A stretch of DNA of 64,000 nt from Candidatus Polarisedimenticolia bacterium. Its GTDB lineage: Bacteria > Acidobacteriota > Polarisedimenticolia > JACPZX01 > DASXTC01. A program made the translations under genes and the position numbers. Below the pieces are notes generated by a model, which ran no database searches, was not told where the DNA came from, and was given only the letters and a program-made list of their open reading frames with translations. The stretch spans positions 124,032-188,031 of the forward strand of contig DASXTC010000021.1 in assembly GCA_036505635.1 (NCBI GenBank), written 5' to 3'. Shown here one piece after another: positions 36,361-45,588 of the stretch (positions are counted from its first letter, which is position 1; the number at the start of each line of letters is the position of its first letter).

Positions 36361-36643
36361 CCGCACCTCCTTCCTGGCGCAATGGGCCGAACATAACACA
36401 GAAGGTCACGCACGCTACCGCCCGGCCCATCGACGCACCATCTCGTGATGGGCCGATCAGGTGGACGGCAACCGACTGGATCGACTGCGCCGACGGCTCA
36501 CCGGGGTGCTGGGCGGCATAGGCGTCCACCGTCAGGCGGTGCGTGGGGCCGTCCGCTCCGGACACGAGCGCCCCGCATCCAATGCAGTGGATGGGATCCT
36601 GGCGCGTGGTCATCGGCGATGCTCCGCCGGCGGCGGACGCGGG

Positions 36644-37171
36644 TCAGGCGGCGCCGCGCTCGATGGTGTAGGACAACATCACGATGCCGCTCGGCAGGGC
36701 CTTGCTCTCGGAAAGCCGGAGCCGGGCCGCGTGCGCGCCGGTTTCCACGAGCGGGATCCCGCGTCCCAGGAGCACCGGGATCAGGCCGACCTCCACGGTG
36801 TCCACGAGATCGGCGTCGAGGAGACTGCGGAACAGTACCCCGCCGCCCATCAGCCAGATGTCCTTGCCTGGCTCGGCCTTGAGCGCCGCGACGGCCTGCT
36901 CGGCCGCCGTGGACACGATCGTGACGCCGGGGTGGTCGGCCGCGCGCAATGTCCGGGAGAACACGATCGCGCGCATCCCGGGCATCCCGCCGCCGGATCC
37001 CTGGCTGAGGGCGATCTCGAACGTGCGCCGTCCCATGAGGACCGTGTCGAACGCCTTGAAGAAGGCGGCGAAATCGATGGCCGGATCCATGATGATCCAG
37101 TCGTACTCGCCGCCGGGACCGGCGATGTAGCCGTCCAGGCTCATCGCGACGCTGTATCTGACTCGCCGCAT
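36644..37171 (-). CDS. dihydrofolate-reductase-family protein (RibD C-terminal domain type)
   Basis: MRRVRYSVAMSLDGYIAGPGGEYDW ... LMGRRTFE ... IWLMGGG pattern typical of the YwjB/RibD_C family. Confidence 0.75.
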   Translation of the reverse strand: MRRVRYSVAMSLDGYIAGPGGEYDWIIMDPAIDFAAFFKAFDTVLMGRRTFEIALSQGSGGGMPGMRAIVFSRTLRAADHPGVTIVSTAAEQAVAALKAEPGKDIWLMGGGVLFRSLLDADLVDTVEVGLIPVLLGRGIPLVETGAHAARLRLSESKALPSGIVMLSYTIERGAA

Positions 37172-37727
37172 GGCGGTCTCCCTGGTCGTCACCGCCGCCC
37201 GTGAGAGAGCGGGCGCGGCGCGCACAGCCTACCACTCTCGGCGCCGCGGATGGGTCCAGGCGCTCGCGCTCGGTGGCCTGGCCGGCATCGGCATGGAGAT
37301 CTTCTCGAACCTCGTCAGCCAGCCGCTCATCACGCGGCTCACCGGGTCGCCGCCGGACCTCTCCGACTTCCGGCCGCTCGTGGGGGACCTTAGGCTCCTG
37401 CTCCTCATGCTGGTGCCGATGTGGCTGCTGGCGGCCTTCGGCGAGGAGATGGTCTATCGAGGCTATCTGATGAACCGGCTTGCCGGCCTGTTCCACGGCA
37501 CGCCCAGAGGCTGGCTGGCGAGCCTGATCGCGGTCAGCGCGTTCTTCGGCTGGTCCCACCAGAGCCAGGGGCTCACCGGCATGCTGCAGGAGGGGTTCGC
37601 GGGGCTCCTGCTGGGAGCGCTCTACCTCGGCTGCGGCCGCACCTTGACCGTGCCCATCGTCGCCCACGGCGCAGCCAACACGCTGGCGTTCGTGCTGATC
37701 TTCCTCGACCTCTATCCAGGCGTGTGA
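37170..37727 (+). CDS. CPBP-family (CAAX protease / bacteriocin-processing) intramembrane metalloprotease
   Basis: The three CPBP motifs are present: EExxxR (FGEEMVYRG), FxxxH (FGWSH) and HxxxN (HGAANT). The 5' end is uncertain because ATG 37170 would overlap the divergent neighbour's start. An internal start near MEIFSNLV at about 37296 is possible. Confidence 0.55.
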   Translation: MAVSLVVTAARERAGAARTAYHSRRRGWVQALALGGLAGIGMEIFSNLVSQPLITRLTGSPPDLSDFRPLVGDLRLLLLMLVPMWLLAAFGEEMVYRGYLMNRLAGLFHGTPRGWLASLIAVSAFFGWSHQSQGLTGMLQEGFAGLLLGALYLGCGRTLTVPIVAHGAANTLAFVLIFLDLYPGV

Positions 37728-37739
37728 AGGCGCCGCGCG

Positions 37740-38126
37740 TCACGGTGGTCCGACATGCCAGCAGACCCCGGCCAGGTCGATGAAGTTTGCCTCGCGGCCC
37801 CAGGGGACCTCGCTTGGAGGACTCATCCTGAAGCCAGGGAACCTCCGGGCCAGCTGCTTCGCCTCGACCTCCTGCCACCAGGTGTCGAGGTCCGGGACCT
37901 CGAGCTTGATCATGAAGTTGCCGGCGAACGCCGGCTCGTTGAAGTCTTGCAGAATGAATCTCGCGGCCCCGCAACGGAACCCGGCATAGCCGCCGCTCGC
38001 CCAGAGCTCCTCGAACCCGAGCTCCCGAAAAAGCTCGCGACTCTTCTCGAAGTCACTGCCACCTGGAACAAAGGGCAGGAGTGCTGTCGGCTCGACCATC
38101 ATCACACCTCGACGCTCTGCGTCCAC
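37740..38126 (-). CDS. VOC-family (glyoxalase/bleomycin-resistance fold) protein
   Basis: 128 aa with the typical VOC pattern. Confidence 0.55.
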   Translation of the reverse strand: MDAERRGVMMVEPTALLPFVPGGSDFEKSRELFRELGFEELWASGGYAGFRCGAARFILQDFNEPAFAGNFMIKLEVPDLDTWWQEVEAKQLARRFPGFRMSPPSEVPWGREANFIDLAGVCWHVGPP

Positions 38127-38147
38127 TTCCCGCTTGCTCCTGACTTG

Positions 38148-38630
38148 TCAGGCCGGGTCCAGCGGCAACTCGTATCGCTCCTCCGTCACGTCCACACCCC
38201 AATGTCTGCCCGGCTTCTCCTCGACCTTCCTGAACCCGACAGACCGGTAAAGACTCGCCGCGACGGTGAGAGCGCTCACGGTCCAGAGCATCACGCGCTC
38301 GTAGCCTCTGGCCTGACAGAAGCCGACCGCCTCAATCAGGAGCCTCCTGCCGAGACCGATTCCCCGCGCGCTCGGATCGACGAGAAACCAGCGGAGCTGG
38401 GCCACCTGGGGAGACGAAGCCACGATGGCTACGCACCCGACGATTCGGCCGTCCATTTCCGCGAGCCAGAGGCGCTCCCTGGGCGAGGCCGAACGCGCGA
38501 ACTCCGACAGCGGGCCGGCAACGTATGCCTTGAACGTATGGTCGAAGCCGTACTCCCGCGCATAGATGAGGCCGTGGAGGTAGACGACGTAACCGATGTC
38601 GCCCGGCCGGAGCTCCGTACGCAGCGTCAC
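38148..38630 (-). CDS. GNAT-family N-acetyltransferase
   Basis: Acetyl-CoA motif A (QLRWFLVDPSARGIGLGRRLL). GTG start chosen at 38630, giving 160 aa. The long upstream extension of the ORF overlaps the ICMT gene in another frame and was rejected. Confidence 0.65.
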   Translation of the reverse strand: MTLRTELRPGDIGYVVYLHGLIYAREYGFDHTFKAYVAGPLSEFARSASPRERLWLAEMDGRIVGCVAIVASSPQVAQLRWFLVDPSARGIGLGRRLLIEAVGFCQARGYERVMLWTVSALTVAASLYRSVGFRKVEEKPGRHWGVDVTEERYELPLDPA

Positions 38631-38707
38631 GGCCCGTTCCTGTCCTTCCAACTCAGGGCCTCCTCTATCGGTTAGACTCCCGTCATGACCCGCCGCCGCT
38701 TCACAGA

Positions 38708-39292
38708 TCACCAGACGCCGGGGACGAGACGCTTGCTCCGCGCCCTGTACTCTTCGTAGTCCCTGCCGAACTCCTCCAGCATCATCCGCTCCTCGCGGGC
38801 GATGCGGAAGAGGATGAGGGTCACGAATGCGACCCCGTAGCTTGGGCCGGCGACCCAGTTGGGAACGACGAGTGCCTGGCCCGCCGAGTATAGGAGAAGG
38901 GCCAGATACATCGGATGGCGGACCGAGCGATAGATGCCCCGGGTAACGAGCTCGTGTCTCTCCCGAACCTCGAGCGTAATCGACCAATTCGCGCCGAGGT
39001 CCGCGTGCGACCGGTGAAGGAGCCACAGTCCGACTGCGTAGCACAGGATGCCGGCGATGAAGGGAACCGGGCGAAGCGGATAGTTCGCGAAGTCGAGCAA
39101 CGGCGTCACGACCCAGATGATCGGGAGGAGGAACCCGAGCGAAACGAGCGCCAGAAGGGCGACCTCCCGCGGCCCTTTCAGGCTCTTGACCACCTTGATC
39201 TCGCCGCTCCGCCGCCCGTGCACCCCGTGGGGGATGACGACCATGGCGATGGTGGCCACCAGAATGATCGCCTTCGCGAACCAGGGACTCAT
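38708..39292 (-). CDS. isoprenylcysteine carboxyl methyltransferase (ICMT/PEMT) family membrane methyltransferase
   Basis: Multi-TM protein. C-terminal motif LVTRGIYRSVRHPMYLALLL ... EERMMLEEFGRDYEEY matches the ICMT/PEM2 family signature. Confidence 0.7.
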   Translation of the reverse strand: MSPWFAKAIILVATIAMVVIPHGVHGRRSGEIKVVKSLKGPREVALLALVSLGFLLPIIWVVTPLLDFANYPLRPVPFIAGILCYAVGLWLLHRSHADLGANWSITLEVRERHELVTRGIYRSVRHPMYLALLLYSAGQALVVPNWVAGPSYGVAFVTLILFRIAREERMMLEEFGRDYEEYRARSKRLVPGVW

Positions 39293-39486
39293 CGGCCTGA
39301 TGCTCCCTCACCGCTCGACGGGCCGACATGACCACGGCCCCGCGGCAGCCGCGACATGGTGGTCGCGGTCCTCTTGAGCGGGTAGCTGGAAGGAGTGTTT
39401 ACCACCAAATCACGCTGCTGTGAAGGCCCCGCGCTGGAGTCCGGCATTTCCCTTCACTTGACGATCGATGCCCTGAGATGAAAGTG

Positions 39487-39912
39487 CTACCGCTTGGCCG
39501 CGCGCCCGCGTTTCGGGGAGCGCCGGGGGACCTTCGACGCCTTGCGCGCGGCCGGCTTCCTGACACGCTTGGCGTACTTCGGCTGGTAGATCTGAATCTG
39601 GACCCCGCCGGGCATGGTGAGGTGGGTTACGAAGCCGTAGCCGTGGTCGGCGATATCGTCATCGAAGATCACGCCGCGGGACTTCAACTCTCCGACCGTC
39701 TTCTCGAGGTTGTCGCAGTAGAACGAGATGTTGTGCGTGCCGGAGGCGGGATCGCCCTCGGTCGGATGACAGCCGATGTCCCCCTCCTTCAGGTCGAAGA
39801 TCAGCCAACCCTCTCCGACGTCGGTGTAGGGGAGGCGGAGCTTGTCCTTGACGAAGTCGCGAAGCTGATCCGCCTTAGAGCTGTAGAACATCGCATGGAC
39901 GCCCTTGATCAT
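39487..39912 (-). CDS. VOC/glyoxalase-like protein with Lys/Arg-rich C-terminal tail
   Basis: 141 aa. Ends with the basic tail KRVRKPAARKASKVPRRSPKRGRAAKR. Confidence 0.55.
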   Translation of the reverse strand: MIKGVHAMFYSSKADQLRDFVKDKLRLPYTDVGEGWLIFDLKEGDIGCHPTEGDPASGTHNISFYCDNLEKTVGELKSRGVIFDDDIADHGYGFVTHLTMPGGVQIQIYQPKYAKRVRKPAARKASKVPRRSPKRGRAAKR

Positions 39913-40716
39913 CGTGTCCTCCTCGAGTCGCGCGTGATGTTACAGGGAGCTGGCCCTCCAATGGTCCGTCGGAGCTCACCGGACCGCCGAACGCCCTCAA
40001 CCATCCGAGGTTAGCGAGCAGTCGAAAGAGATCCACGCCAAGCCCGACGCCCACCGACTGATCAGGGGAAGGCAGAGAGATCTTACATCAGGTCTGTGAC
40101 AATAGAGTCTTGTTGCGCGACGTACAGGATTAGGACCGCGTTCGCCCTGAGCCGGCCGGCGGCTCGAGCTGCGAGGGCGATTGCACGAGCCCGAGTCGGC
40201 GGAGAGTGGTCGACCACCGCGCAGCATGCTCGCGACATCCTGAGACACCCGTCTGTCCTGGCGACCAGTCCGACCTCATCGCAACCAAGCAATCCGTCCC
40301 TGTGATGAAAGATCTCGGCAGGTACTGACGACCGAGGCACCCGCCTGGCCGCGGCACATCCTCCCATCACCAGCATCGCAAGGCCTGCGATGAGGCTCCA
40401 GGTGAATGGACCACTCGTTTTCATCCGTGACCGCCTACTTGTTAGTCTCTCGGTCGATCAGGGTTGCCCGTCCGCTGGGCGTGGATCGACGAATGCCGGC
40501 GGACGAGAACCTACTGCTGTTGGAACCGGCCGGAGAGGCAATGGATGGCGGAAAAGACACGGCGAAGATACCGGTCGCCAAGCGAACACGCTGCGAGTGC
40601 GGCTCCGCGCATCCGGCGCCGGCGAGAGCCGGGTCCCAGGACAAGACGGGGCCTCACGGACGCCAAGGTCGCCGCGGGAAGGATCGATCGGCGCGCGGAA
40701 CGTCGATCACGCATCG

Positions 40717-40746
40717 TTGACCCCGCCGGTGAGCCACTCCTATAAT
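40717..40746 (+). promoter_or_regulatory. sigma70-type promoter candidate for sucCD (TTGACC - 18 nt - TATAAT)
   Basis: TTGACC at 40717-40722 and a perfect TATAAT at 40741-40746. GAGAGGAG RBS at about 40759. sucC ATG at 40775. Confidence 0.5.
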
Positions 40747-40774
40747 GACGGCTCCCCGAGAGGAGCCCCATCCG

Positions 40775-41956
40775 ATGAAGATTCACGAGTACCAGGCCAA
40801 GGTCCTGTTCCGCCGGTTCGACGTCGCGGTGCCGCGCGGCGAAGTCGCGGGCACCCCCTCCGAGGCGCGCGACATCGCCCGCCATCTCGGCGGACGCGTC
40901 GTCGTCAAGGCGCAGATCCACGCGGGAGGGCGCGGCAAGGGAGGAGGCGTCAAGCTGGCCGCAACCGCCGAGGAGGCCGAGTCGATCGCCCGCGCCATGC
41001 TCGGCATGCGTCTGGTCACGCATCAGACCGACCCCGAAGGCAAGGTCGTCCAGCGCCTGCTCGTCGAGGAGGCGATCGACCGGGAGCGCGAGCTGTACCT
41101 TGGGGTCGTCATCGACCGCTCCTCCAACCGGCCCGTGATGATGGCCTCCAGCGCGGGGGGCATGGACATCGAGGAGGTCGCGGCGAAGACCCCGCACCTC
41201 ATCCTCAAGGAGCCGATCGACCCGGCGGCGGGGTTCCAGCCCTTCCAGGCTCGCAAGCTGGCCTTCGGCCTGGGGCTCGCCGGGCCGCTTCTTCCGAGGG
41301 CCACGAAGATCATGACGAACGTCTACCGGGCCTTCGAGGCCACCGACGCCTCGCTCGTCGAGGTCAACCCGCTCATCACGACGAGGTCGGGCGACGTGCT
41401 GGCGCTGGACGCCAAGATGACCTTCGACGACAACGCGCTCTACCGTCATCCCGACATCAAGGAGCTGCGCGACCTGACCGAGGAGGAGCCGCTCGAGGTC
41501 GAGGCCTCCCGCTTCTCCCTCAACTACATCAAGCTCAACGGCAACGTAGGGTGCATGGTCAACGGGGCGGGCCTCGCGATGGCCACCATGGACATCATCA
41601 AGCTGGCGGGAGGGGAGCCCGCCAACTTCCTCGACGTGGGAGGGGGCGCCACCGCCGAGCAGGTGACCAACGCGTTCCGCATCATCCTCTCCGACGCGCA
41701 CGTCAGGGCGGTCCTCATCAACATCTTCGGCGGGATCATGCGCTGCGACATCGTGGCGACCGGCGTCGTCCAGGCGGCTTCCCAGGTGGGGGTAAAGGTG
41801 CCGGTGGTCGTGAGGCTGGAGGGCACCAACAAAGAGGAAGGCCGCCGCATCCTGACCGACTCGGGCCTGAACTTCACCGTGGCCGACGGGATGAAGGACG
41901 CCGCAGAGAAGGTTGTGCGTCTGGCCGGCGCCGCTCCGGCGGGACGCGCCCGATGA
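40775..41956 (+). CDS. sucC: succinate--CoA ligase (ADP-forming) beta subunit
   Basis: [18 protein letters not shown]-terminus, ATP-grasp domain, and GGIMRCD ... CoA-ligase domain. Confidence 0.95.
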   Translation: MKIHEYQAKVLFRRFDVAVPRGEVAGTPSEARDIARHLGGRVVVKAQIHAGGRGKGGGVKLAATAEEAESIARAMLGMRLVTHQTDPEGKVVQRLLVEEAIDRERELYLGVVIDRSSNRPVMMASSAGGMDIEEVAAKTPHLILKEPIDPAAGFQPFQARKLAFGLGLAGPLLPRATKIMTNVYRAFEATDASLVEVNPLITTRSGDVLALDAKMTFDDNALYRHPDIKELRDLTEEEPLEVEASRFSLNYIKLNGNVGCMVNGAGLAMATMDIIKLAGGEPANFLDVGGGATAEQVTNAFRIILSDAHVRAVLINIFGGIMRCDIVATGVVQAASQVGVKVPVVVRLEGTNKEEGRRILTDSGLNFTVADGMKDAAEKVVRLAGAAPAGRAR

Positions 41957-42834
41957 GCATCCTGGTCGATCAGAAGAGCCGCATCGCGGTGCAGGGGCTC
42001 ACCGGCAAGGAGGGGACCTTCCACGCCCGCGCGTGCAAGGCCTACTTCGACACGAAGGTCGTGGCCGGCGTGACTCCCGGCAAGGGGGGCCAGTCGGTGG
42101 ACGGTATCCCCGTATACGACACCGCGGCGGAGGCGGCGGACAGGCAGCGCGTCAACGTTTCGCTCATCTTCGTGCCGCCGGCCGCAGCCGCCGACGCGAT
42201 CCTGGAGGCGGCCGCGGCGGAGATCGATCTCGTCGTCTGCATCAGCGAGGGGATTCCCACGCTCGACATGGTCCGCGTCAAGGAGTACCTGGGCAGGCGC
42301 ACCACGCGCCTGATCGGGCCCAACTGTCCGGGGATCATCTCCCCCGAGCGCGCCAAGGTGGGGATCATGCCGGGCGCCATTCACAAGCTCGGGCCGGTGG
42401 GCGTGGTCTCTCGCAGCGGGACGCTCACCTACGAGGGGGTCGATCAGCTCACCCGGCGCGGCATCGGCCAGAGCACCTGCATCGGCATCGGGGGCGATCC
42501 GATCATCGGTACCAGTTTCATCGACGCGCTCGCGCTGTTCCAGAAGGACCCGGAGACCAGGTGCATCCTGATGATCGGTGAGATCGGCGGCACGGCCGAG
42601 GAGGAGGCCGCCGACTTCATCAGACGCGAGGTTTCAATACCCGTGGTGGCCTTCGTGGCCGGGAGCACGGCCCCCCCGGGCAAGCGGATGGGGCACGCCG
42701 GGGCCATCATCGCCGGCGGGCACGGCACGGCAGCCGAGAAGATCGAGGCGCTGCGCGCGGCCGGCATCACGGTGGCCGAGAGCCCGGCGACGTTGGGCGA
42801 GACGGTCGAGAAGGTCATTCGGAACGGAGGGTAA
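41953..42834 (+). CDS. sucD: succinate--CoA ligase alpha subunit
   Basis: Phospho-His loop SRSGTLTYE ... [11 protein letters not shown] overlap with sucC. Confidence 0.95.
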   Translation: MSILVDQKSRIAVQGLTGKEGTFHARACKAYFDTKVVAGVTPGKGGQSVDGIPVYDTAAEAADRQRVNVSLIFVPPAAAADAILEAAAAEIDLVVCISEGIPTLDMVRVKEYLGRRTTRLIGPNCPGIISPERAKVGIMPGAIHKLGPVGVVSRSGTLTYEGVDQLTRRGIGQSTCIGIGGDPIIGTSFIDALALFQKDPETRCILMIGEIGGTAEEEAADFIRREVSIPVVAFVAGSTAPPGKRMGHAGAIIAGGHGTAAEKIEALRAAGITVAESPATLGETVEKVIRNGG

Positions 42835-42841
42835 ACCCGGA

Positions 42842-43258
42842 ATGCATCAGCGCACTTTGACCATCATAAAGCCGGACGGCATCCAGCAGCGCGTGGCCGG
42901 CGACGTCATCGGGCACTTCGAGAGGGCGGGCTTCCGGATCGCGGCCGCCCGGCTCGTCCATCTCACGAAGGCCGAGGCCGAGGGGTTCTACGCCGTGCAC
43001 CGCGAACGCCCGTTCTTCGCGAGCTTGACCGCCTTCATGGCGTCCGGCCCCTGCATGCCGATGGTGCTCGAAGGCGAGGAGGTCATCGCGCGGCTCCGGA
43101 CCTTGATGGGGGCCACGGACCCGGCCAGGGCCGACGCGGGCACGATCCGCAAGTTGTACGCCTCGTCGGTGGAGCGCAACATCGTCCACGGCTCCGACTC
43201 GCCCGAGTCGGCCGTCACGGAGATCCGCTACTTCTTCAGCGATCTGGATCTCGTCTGA
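42842..43258 (+). CDS. ndk: nucleoside-diphosphate kinase
   Basis: TLTIIKPDG ... NIVHGSDS active-site His motif. Confidence 0.95.
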   Translation: MHQRTLTIIKPDGIQQRVAGDVIGHFERAGFRIAAARLVHLTKAEAEGFYAVHRERPFFASLTAFMASGPCMPMVLEGEEVIARLRTLMGATDPARADAGTIRKLYASSVERNIVHGSDSPESAVTEIRYFFSDLDLV

Positions 43259-43300
43259 GATCGGTGCGAACGGGGATGGGTCCCGCCCCGTCATGGCGCC

Positions 43301-43329
43301 TTGACAGGCCCGCCCCGGGATGATACCGT
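43301..43329 (+). promoter_or_regulatory. promoter candidate (TTGACA - 17 nt - TACCGT) upstream of the Fur-family gene, followed by a Fur-box-like AT-rich element
   Basis: TTGACA at 43301-43306. TACCGT at 43324-43329. GAGAATGATTCC at 43339-43350 resembles a Fur/PerR half-operator in otherwise GC-rich DNA. GAGGGAG RBS upstream of GTG 43372. Confidence 0.4.
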
Positions 43330-43371
43330 CCCGCACCTGAGAATGATTCCTAAAAAAGAGGGAGCCGCGAC

Positions 43372-43827
43372 GTGAGAGACCAGGGACGGGCGCTCGAGGC
43401 GTTCGCCGGCGCGTGCCGGTCGAGGGGGCTCAGCGTGACCCATCAGCGCCAGGCGGTCTACGAGGCGGTGCTGGGCAGCCGCGAGCACCCGGACGCCGAG
43501 GAGATCTTCCGCGTGGTCAAGGCCAGCGTCCCGACCATCTCGCGGGGCACCGTCTACAGGACCCTCGAGACCCTCAGGCAGGTCGGGCTGGTCACCGACG
43601 TGAGCCGAGCGCGGGGCACCGCGCGTTTCGAGGCGGCCCTCGAGCCGCACCACCACCTCGTCTGCCTCGGCTGCAACAAGATCATGGACCTGCACGACGA
43701 GTCGCTCAACCGCCTGCGGGTCGCGCCACCGGTGGACGGGGCGTTCGAGGTGACCGGGTATCAGATCCAGTTCGTGGGGTACTGCAGGAGCTGCAGGAGC
43801 CGCAAGACGAAGCCACAATCCAGGTGA
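43372..43827 (+). CDS. Fur-family metalloregulator (Fur/PerR-like)
   Basis: DNA-binding helix (THQRQAVYEAVL) and HHHLVCLGCNKI ... CRSC metal-site cysteines. Confidence 0.8.
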   Translation: MRDQGRALEAFAGACRSRGLSVTHQRQAVYEAVLGSREHPDAEEIFRVVKASVPTISRGTVYRTLETLRQVGLVTDVSRARGTARFEAALEPHHHLVCLGCNKIMDLHDESLNRLRVAPPVDGAFEVTGYQIQFVGYCRSCRSRKTKPQSR

Positions 43828-43840
43828 ATGGAGGACGGGT

Positions 43841-44266
43841 ATGGCCAAGGAGCTCAAGGGCACGAAGACGCACGACAATCTCAAGGATGCCTTCGCCGGC
43901 GAGTCGCAGGCGAACCGCCGGTACATGTACTTCGCGAAGGTGGCTGACATCGAAGGGTTCCCCGACGTGGCCGGTCTCTTCCGCGACACCGCGGACGGCG
44001 AGACGGGCCACGCGCACGGGCACCTCGATTACCTCAAGCAGGTCGGCGACCCGGCCACCGGCGAGCCGATCGGCAGCACCGACAAGAACCTCAGGTCGGC
44101 GATCGCCGGCGAGACGTACGAGTACACCCAGATGTATCCGGGGATGGCCAAGATGGCGCGCGAGGAAGGCTTCGGCGATATCGCGGACTGGTTCGAGACC
44201 CTGGCGCGCGCGGAGAAGTCCCACGCGGGCCGGTTCACCCGCGGACTCGACACGCTCGGCAAGTAA
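43841..44266 (+). CDS. rubrerythrin-family ferritin-like di-iron protein (no rubredoxin domain)
   Basis: Two E-x-x-H di-iron motifs (GETGHAHGH ... EKSHAGRF). 141 aa. Confidence 0.8.
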   Translation: MAKELKGTKTHDNLKDAFAGESQANRRYMYFAKVADIEGFPDVAGLFRDTADGETGHAHGHLDYLKQVGDPATGEPIGSTDKNLRSAIAGETYEYTQMYPGMAKMAREEGFGDIADWFETLARAEKSHAGRFTRGLDTLGK

Positions 44267-44308
44267 CGCACCTCGGTCACGTGAGGACAACGGACGCGGA
44301 GGGAGGCG

Positions 44309-45577
44309 GTGGCGGACCCGATCGTCTATGACATCCGGAGCCCGGACTACCTCGACGGCCGGGCCGTCGAGAAAGAGATGCGCCGGGTTTTCGACGTCTG
44401 CGCCGGGTGCCGTCGATGCCTTCCTCTGTGTCCCTCGTTTCCCGACCTGTTCGACAGGATCGACGGCAACCCCACCCAGGACGTCGAGGGGCTCACCAGC
44501 GCCGACATGCGCAACGTCGTCGACCTGTGCTACCAGTGCAAGCTCTGCTACAACCACTGCCCCTACCATCCGCCGCACCGGTGGATGCTCGATTTCCCCA
44601 GGCTGATGCTGCGCTCGCGCGCCGCGCGCGCGGCCAAGGAAGGCGTCCCCGCGCAGGACCGGATCCTCGGTCTGGCCGACGCCGTGGGGAAGATAGGCTC
44701 GCTCCTCGCGCCGCTGTCGAACTGGGCCAACCGGTTTCGACTCAACCGGGTCCTCATGGAATCGACCCTCGGCATCCACCGGGACCGCAACCTTCCCCTG
44801 TTCCACCGTCGCACCTTCTCGAAGTGGTTCAGGCGCAAGCGGGCGAAGGCCGCCGGGGCCGCACAGGCGAAGGTGGCGCTGTTCGCCACGTGCTCGGTGG
44901 AGTACAACGAGCCCGACATCGGCCGCGCCGCCGTCGAGGTGCTGGAGCGAAATCACGTGGACGTGTCGCTGCCGGAGCAGCGCTGCTGCGGGATGCCGTT
45001 TCTGGACGGCGGCGACCTGAAGAAGGCCCTCGTCAACGCCCGGCGCAACGTGGCCTCGCTCCACCGGGCGGTGCGGGAGGGACGCGACATCGTCGTGCCG
45101 GGCCCCACCTGCTCGTTCATGATCCGCCAGGAGTATCCGCACATGCTGGGCACCGGCGAAGCGCGCGAGGTGGCGGCCCGGACCTTCGATATCAGCGAGT
45201 ACCTGATGAAGCGCCACAAGGAGGGCGGGCTCGACACGGACTTCAAGGCGCCGATAGGCAAGGTGGCCTACCACCTGCCCTGCCACCTCAAGGCGCAGAA
45301 CATCGGGTACAAGTCCCGCGACCTGATGGCGCTCGTTCCGGGAACCCAGGTCGAGATGGCCGACCATTGCTCGGGCGTGGACGGCACCTGGGGCTTCAAG
45401 AAGCAGTACTTCGATCTTTCCCTGAAGGTGGCCGCGCCGCTCCTCGAGCAGCTGGACGCCGCGCGGGCCGACGTGACGGCTTCCGACTGCCCGCTGGCCT
45501 GCATGCAGATCGAAAAGGGGCGCGGCGTCCGGCCCCTTCACCCGGTGCAGATCCTCAGAAAGGCCTACGGCAAGTAG
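44309..45577 (+). CDS. (Fe-S)-binding oxidoreductase with CCG domains (GlpC / heterodisulfide-reductase-like)
   Basis: Two ferredoxin-like cysteine clusters ([12 protein letters not shown] ; [12 protein letters not shown]) followed by two Cys-rich CCG-type repeats (CCGMPF ... PCHLKAQ). Confidence 0.75.
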   Translation: MADPIVYDIRSPDYLDGRAVEKEMRRVFDVCAGCRRCLPLCPSFPDLFDRIDGNPTQDVEGLTSADMRNVVDLCYQCKLCYNHCPYHPPHRWMLDFPRLMLRSRAARAAKEGVPAQDRILGLADAVGKIGSLLAPLSNWANRFRLNRVLMESTLGIHRDRNLPLFHRRTFSKWFRRKRAKAAGAAQAKVALFATCSVEYNEPDIGRAAVEVLERNHVDVSLPEQRCCGMPFLDGGDLKKALVNARRNVASLHRAVREGRDIVVPGPTCSFMIRQEYPHMLGTGEAREVAARTFDISEYLMKRHKEGGLDTDFKAPIGKVAYHLPCHLKAQNIGYKSRDLMALVPGTQVEMADHCSGVDGTWGFKKQYFDLSLKVAAPLLEQLDAARADVTASDCPLACMQIEKGRGVRPLHPVQILRKAYGK

Positions 45578-45588
45578 GAGAGGAGCCC

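Noticed and set aside
38631-39335. Upstream extension of the GNAT ORF (395 aa total)
   Set aside because: Overlaps the ICMT-family gene in another frame. The ICMT frame has a coherent multi-TM methyltransferase signature, so the GNAT was truncated to the GTG at 38630.
40511-41701. 396-aa minus ORF antisense to sucC
   Set aside because: sucC is unambiguous. The antisense ORF is an artefact.
43706-45541. 611-aa minus ORF antisense to the rubrerythrin and Fe-S oxidoreductase genes
   Set aside because: No domains. The sense genes have di-iron and Cys-cluster motifs.
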